From Minisyncoccota bacterium (lineage in GTDB: Bacteria; Patescibacteriota; Minisyncoccia; Phycocordibacterales; SBAW01): 64,000 nucleotides of DNA. Position numbers and translations under genes: made by a program. Shown piece after piece: positions 61,892 to 64,000 of this stretch; the stretch's first letter is position 1, and the number at the start of each line of letters is the position of its first letter. The stretch covers positions 128,001 to 192,000 of the forward strand of contig DASZWM010000006.1 in NCBI GenBank assembly GCA_035546615.1. Reading direction: 5' to 3'. The notes under the pieces are model-generated. The model was not told where the DNA came from and searched no databases. It saw only the letters and a program-made list of their open reading frames with translations.

Positions 61892-62176
61892 TTAGGCTTT
61901 CTTCTTCTGTTTTTCTTCGAGTTTCCTCAAGATGTGCTCGACGAGGTGATCCGGTTGCTGTCTTGCTGTCGCCGCAACCGCTTTTGCCCATGCCGCAACG
62001 GGCTTATCTTTCCGGGTTTTTCTTTGCGCCGCGGCACGTTTTGCCATCTCCATGAAACGCTCAAGGGTAGCCTGGGGGTCCTGGACACCGCCGCTTCCCG
62101 ACGTCATCATGTCGAACTCATACGGGCCTATCGGCCCCAGACAGTCGCCATAGCGCATACATCTTCTCCCGGGCAA
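61892..62176 (-). CDS. Hypothetical small protein (94 aa, Lys-rich C-terminus)
   Basis: Minus-strand frame has protein-like composition; the overlapping plus-strand ORF 61868-62206 is Cys/Arg-rich. Confidence 0.4.
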   Translation of the reverse strand: MPGRRCMRYGDCLGPIGPYEFDMMTSGSGGVQDPQATLERFMEMAKRAAAQRKTRKDKPVAAWAKAVAATARQQPDHLVEHILRKLEEKQKKKA

Positions 62177-62219
62177 TGTGAGGGTTCAGTCCTTCTGCAA
62201 CGGTAACAGAAACAGCCGC

Positions 62220-64000
62220 TTATTCAAGCACCGCTTTTATGCGGCGGACACCCGCGGAAACGGCTTCTTCTTTGAGTATCTTGAATGTTCCCGACTCTGA
62301 AAGTTGCCCCGTATGCTCTACATGCGGCCCGCCGCAGAACTCTATCGAAAACGCGTGGTCGAGCGGGCCAATGGAATACACTGAAACGCGCTCCGGATAT
62401 TTGGCGCCGAACTCGTGCTCGGCGCCGAGCTTCTCCGCCTCTTCCTTCGGCATCTCAGTGCGAACGACCTGCATATCCTCTTTTATTTTCTCGTTCACGA
62501 TGCGCTCCACCTCTTTTTTCTGCTCGTCGGTCATCTTAGCGCCCCAGTTAAAGTCGATGCGGAGGCGCTCCTGCGTGATGTTGCTGCCGCGCTGATGGAC
62601 CTCGGGGCCAAGCACGGTCTGAAGCGCTTTGAGGAGGAGGTGGTGCGCGGTGTGAAGCCGCGTCGTCTTCTCGCTGGTGTCAGCCAGGCCGCCCTTAAAC
62701 TTTTGTTCTGATCCGGCACGGGAAAGGTCCTGATGCTGGCGCAAAAGTTCTTTGAAGCCTTCGGTATCTATCTGCTTGATGCCCTTCTCCCCCGCTTCTT
62801 CAAGTATGAGCTCAAGCGGAAAGCCATAGGTCGTAACAAGCTGGAACGCGTCCTGCGCCGAAAGGTTGCCGTGGCCGGCGAAGCGCTCGAGCTCGCGCAT
62901 GCCACGGGCGAGCGTGGTGCGGAACCGGGCCTCCTCGTCGGCAATAGCTTTCTCGATGCGCTCGCGCTGTTCGCCTACTTCCGGGTAGCTGTCCTGATAC
63001 ATATCGGCGACCGCGCCGACTATCTGGAAGAGGGCGCCCTCATGCAGGCCGAGCTTATCGGCATAGCGCACCGAGCGGCGCAGAAGGCGGCGGACGAAAT
63101 ATCCCTGGTCGGTATTGGACGGCTGGACTCCCGCGGCGATAAGAAATACCGCGGCCTTGGTATGGTCGGCCACGATGCGGAACGCTTTTGTCTCTTGCGG
63201 ATTCTGACCGTAGGCTTTGCCCGTTGCGCCCGCGAGGAAATGGACGATAGACGCATGCGCGGCGATAAAAATGTCGTTGACGTCGCGTTTGGCCATCGCG
63301 ATGCGCTCAAGGCCGCCGCCGAAATCCACGTTCTGCTTCGGGAGAAGCGCGAAGGAGCCGTCCTCTTTCTTTATATATTGCATAAAGACCGAGTTCCCTA
63401 TCTCAAGGAAGCGGCCGCAATCGCAGTTAGGATGGCATTCCGGGCCGAATTTGGTGTCATGCGGCGTGCCGAAGTCATAAAATACTTCCGAGTCAGGTCC
63501 GCCCGGCTCGCCCGCAGGCATCTTGTCCGGAGTGCCTGCTCGGGACCACCAGTTCTTCTTTGCGTCGTAGTAAAAGATGCGGCCGCCTTGCATGCCGACC
63601 TGGTAGCCGTTCTCTTCAGAGCCTATCTCAACTACTTTCGCTTCAATGCCTTTGTCGCCAAAGAGCTTCTTCCAAATCTCCGCTGATTCGGTATCGCGCG
63701 GAACATTATTTTTTTCATCACCCAGGAAGGCCGTTACATACAGCTTCTGCGGGTCGAGCCCGACGACGCCGGTCAGGAACTCGAAGAAGAACGGCAATTG
63801 CTCATCCTTAAAATAATCGCCGAGGCTCCAGTTGCCGAGCATCTCGAAGAAGGTCGTGTGGCGGTTGTCGCCTATCTCCTCTATATCGCCGGAACGGAAG
63901 CACTTCTGCGAGTCTACAAGCCGCGTACCCGCCGGATGGTTCTTGCCGAGCAAGTACGGAACGAGCGGCTGCATGCCTGAACCGGTAAAGAGCGTGGTCG
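62220..64000 (-). CDS. alaS: Alanyl-tRNA synthetase; the gene runs off the window end (N-terminus not in window)
   Basis: ...TTLFTGSGMQPLVPYLLGK (class II motif region), tRNA-binding and editing domains (HTAHHLL, CGGPHV), C-terminal region. Confidence 0.9.
   Translation of the reverse strand, partial: TTLFTGSGMQPLVPYLLGKNHPAGTRLVDSQKCFRSGDIEEIGDNRHTTFFEMLGNWSLGDYFKDEQLPFFFEFLTGVVGLDPQKLYVTAFLGDEKNNVPRDTESAEIWKKLFGDKGIEAKVVEIGSEENGYQVGMQGGRIFYYDAKKNWWSRAGTPDKMPAGEPGGPDSEVFYDFGTPHDTKFGPECHPNCDCGRFLEIGNSVFMQYIKKEDGSFALLPKQNVDFGGGLERIAMAKRDVNDIFIAAHASIVHFLAGATGKAYGQNPQETKAFRIVADHTKAAVFLIAAGVQPSNTDQGYFVRRLLRRSVRYADKLGLHEGALFQIVGAVADMYQDSYPEVGEQRERIEKAIADEEARFRTTLARGMRELERFAGHGNLSAQDAFQLVTTYGFPLELILEEAGEKGIKQIDTEGFKELLRQHQDLSRAGSEQKFKGGLADTSEKTTRLHTAHHLLLKALQTVLGPEVHQRGSNITQERLRIDFNWGAKMTDEQKKEVERIVNEKIKEDMQVVRTEMPKEEAEKLGAEHEFGAKYPERVSVYSIGPLDHAFSIEFCGGPHVEHTGQLSESGTFKILKEEAVSAGVRRIKAVLE

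Noticed and set aside
62733-63686. 317-aa plus-strand ORF
   Set aside because: Antisense to alaS.
1-64000. CRISPR arrays, rRNA genes, transposases/integrases
   Set aside because: No regularly spaced identical repeats, no rRNA-like conserved stretches, and no recognisable IS or integrase ORFs were seen. The two low-GC islands lack recombinase genes within the window.

Overview
This is a 64-kb, high-GC (~60%), gene-dense bacterial chromosomal segment with mostly housekeeping genes and no rRNA, CRISPR array or recognisable transposase/integrase. Many open reading frames in the six-frame track are arginine/proline-rich antisense shadows of the real genes and are rejected below.

Main contents in order:
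- 5' end: a partial lysS on the minus strand, truncated by the window start.
- A minimal dcw block (mraZ, rsmH, ftsL, ftsI, murF), then two hypothetical genes, tRNA-Glu(CTC) and a ~350-nt array of AT-rich palindromes upstream of a 3-methyladenine glycosylase (mpg).
- An FAD-linked oxidase, a metallo-beta-lactamase (MBL)-fold hydrolase, rarA, a two-gene unknown operon, a yqeY-like gene, rmuC, a MaoC hot-dog protein and rplU with its own terminator.
- recR and dnaB on the minus strand; cysS; a divergent corA/ctpA pair; rplI; rpmA; a DUF454 protein; and a DEDDh exonuclease.
- A ~500-nt low-coding region that abuts tRNA-Pro(GGG).
- A block of secreted/cell-wall proteins (lipoprotein-like, SLT-like lytic transglycosylase, signal-peptide protein, tautomerase-like).
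- A ~1.7-kb low-GC island carrying an SDH/S49-like ClpP-fold protease, next to a small protein that has textbook promoter and ribosome-binding signals.
- An ABC-2 transporter pair, a DUF378 protein, an M23 peptidase and gltX.
- A long co-directional minus-strand cluster (murG, ftsW, mraY, dacA-like, scpB, scpA, M29 aminopeptidase), interrupted by a second low-GC island (RBBP9/YdeN-like hydrolase, FAD amine oxidase, one hypothetical), then aspS and trpS.
- grpE, dnaK, an ABC exporter and dnaJ as one cluster, followed by rpsI, rplM, rplQ, rpoA, rpsD, rpsK, rpsM, rpmJ and infA.
- A membrane-anchored protein plus a PilM/FtsA-like actin-fold protein sitting where secY-adk-map is usually found.
- 3' end: a partial alaS on the minus strand.

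The most notable global signal is promoter architecture. Many genes carry an extended -10 of the form TGGTAnnnT (or a TAnnnT hexamer) only 5-8 nt upstream of the ATG, which implies pervasive leaderless mRNAs. Shine-Dalgarno-led genes are the minority. A conserved AATTTGTGTAC motif recurs in four intergenic regions.

The gene complement (short L13, archaeal-type AspRS, many tiny membrane proteins, a reduced dcw cluster) suggests a small-genome lineage, possibly Patescibacteria-like. That cannot be established from sequence alone.
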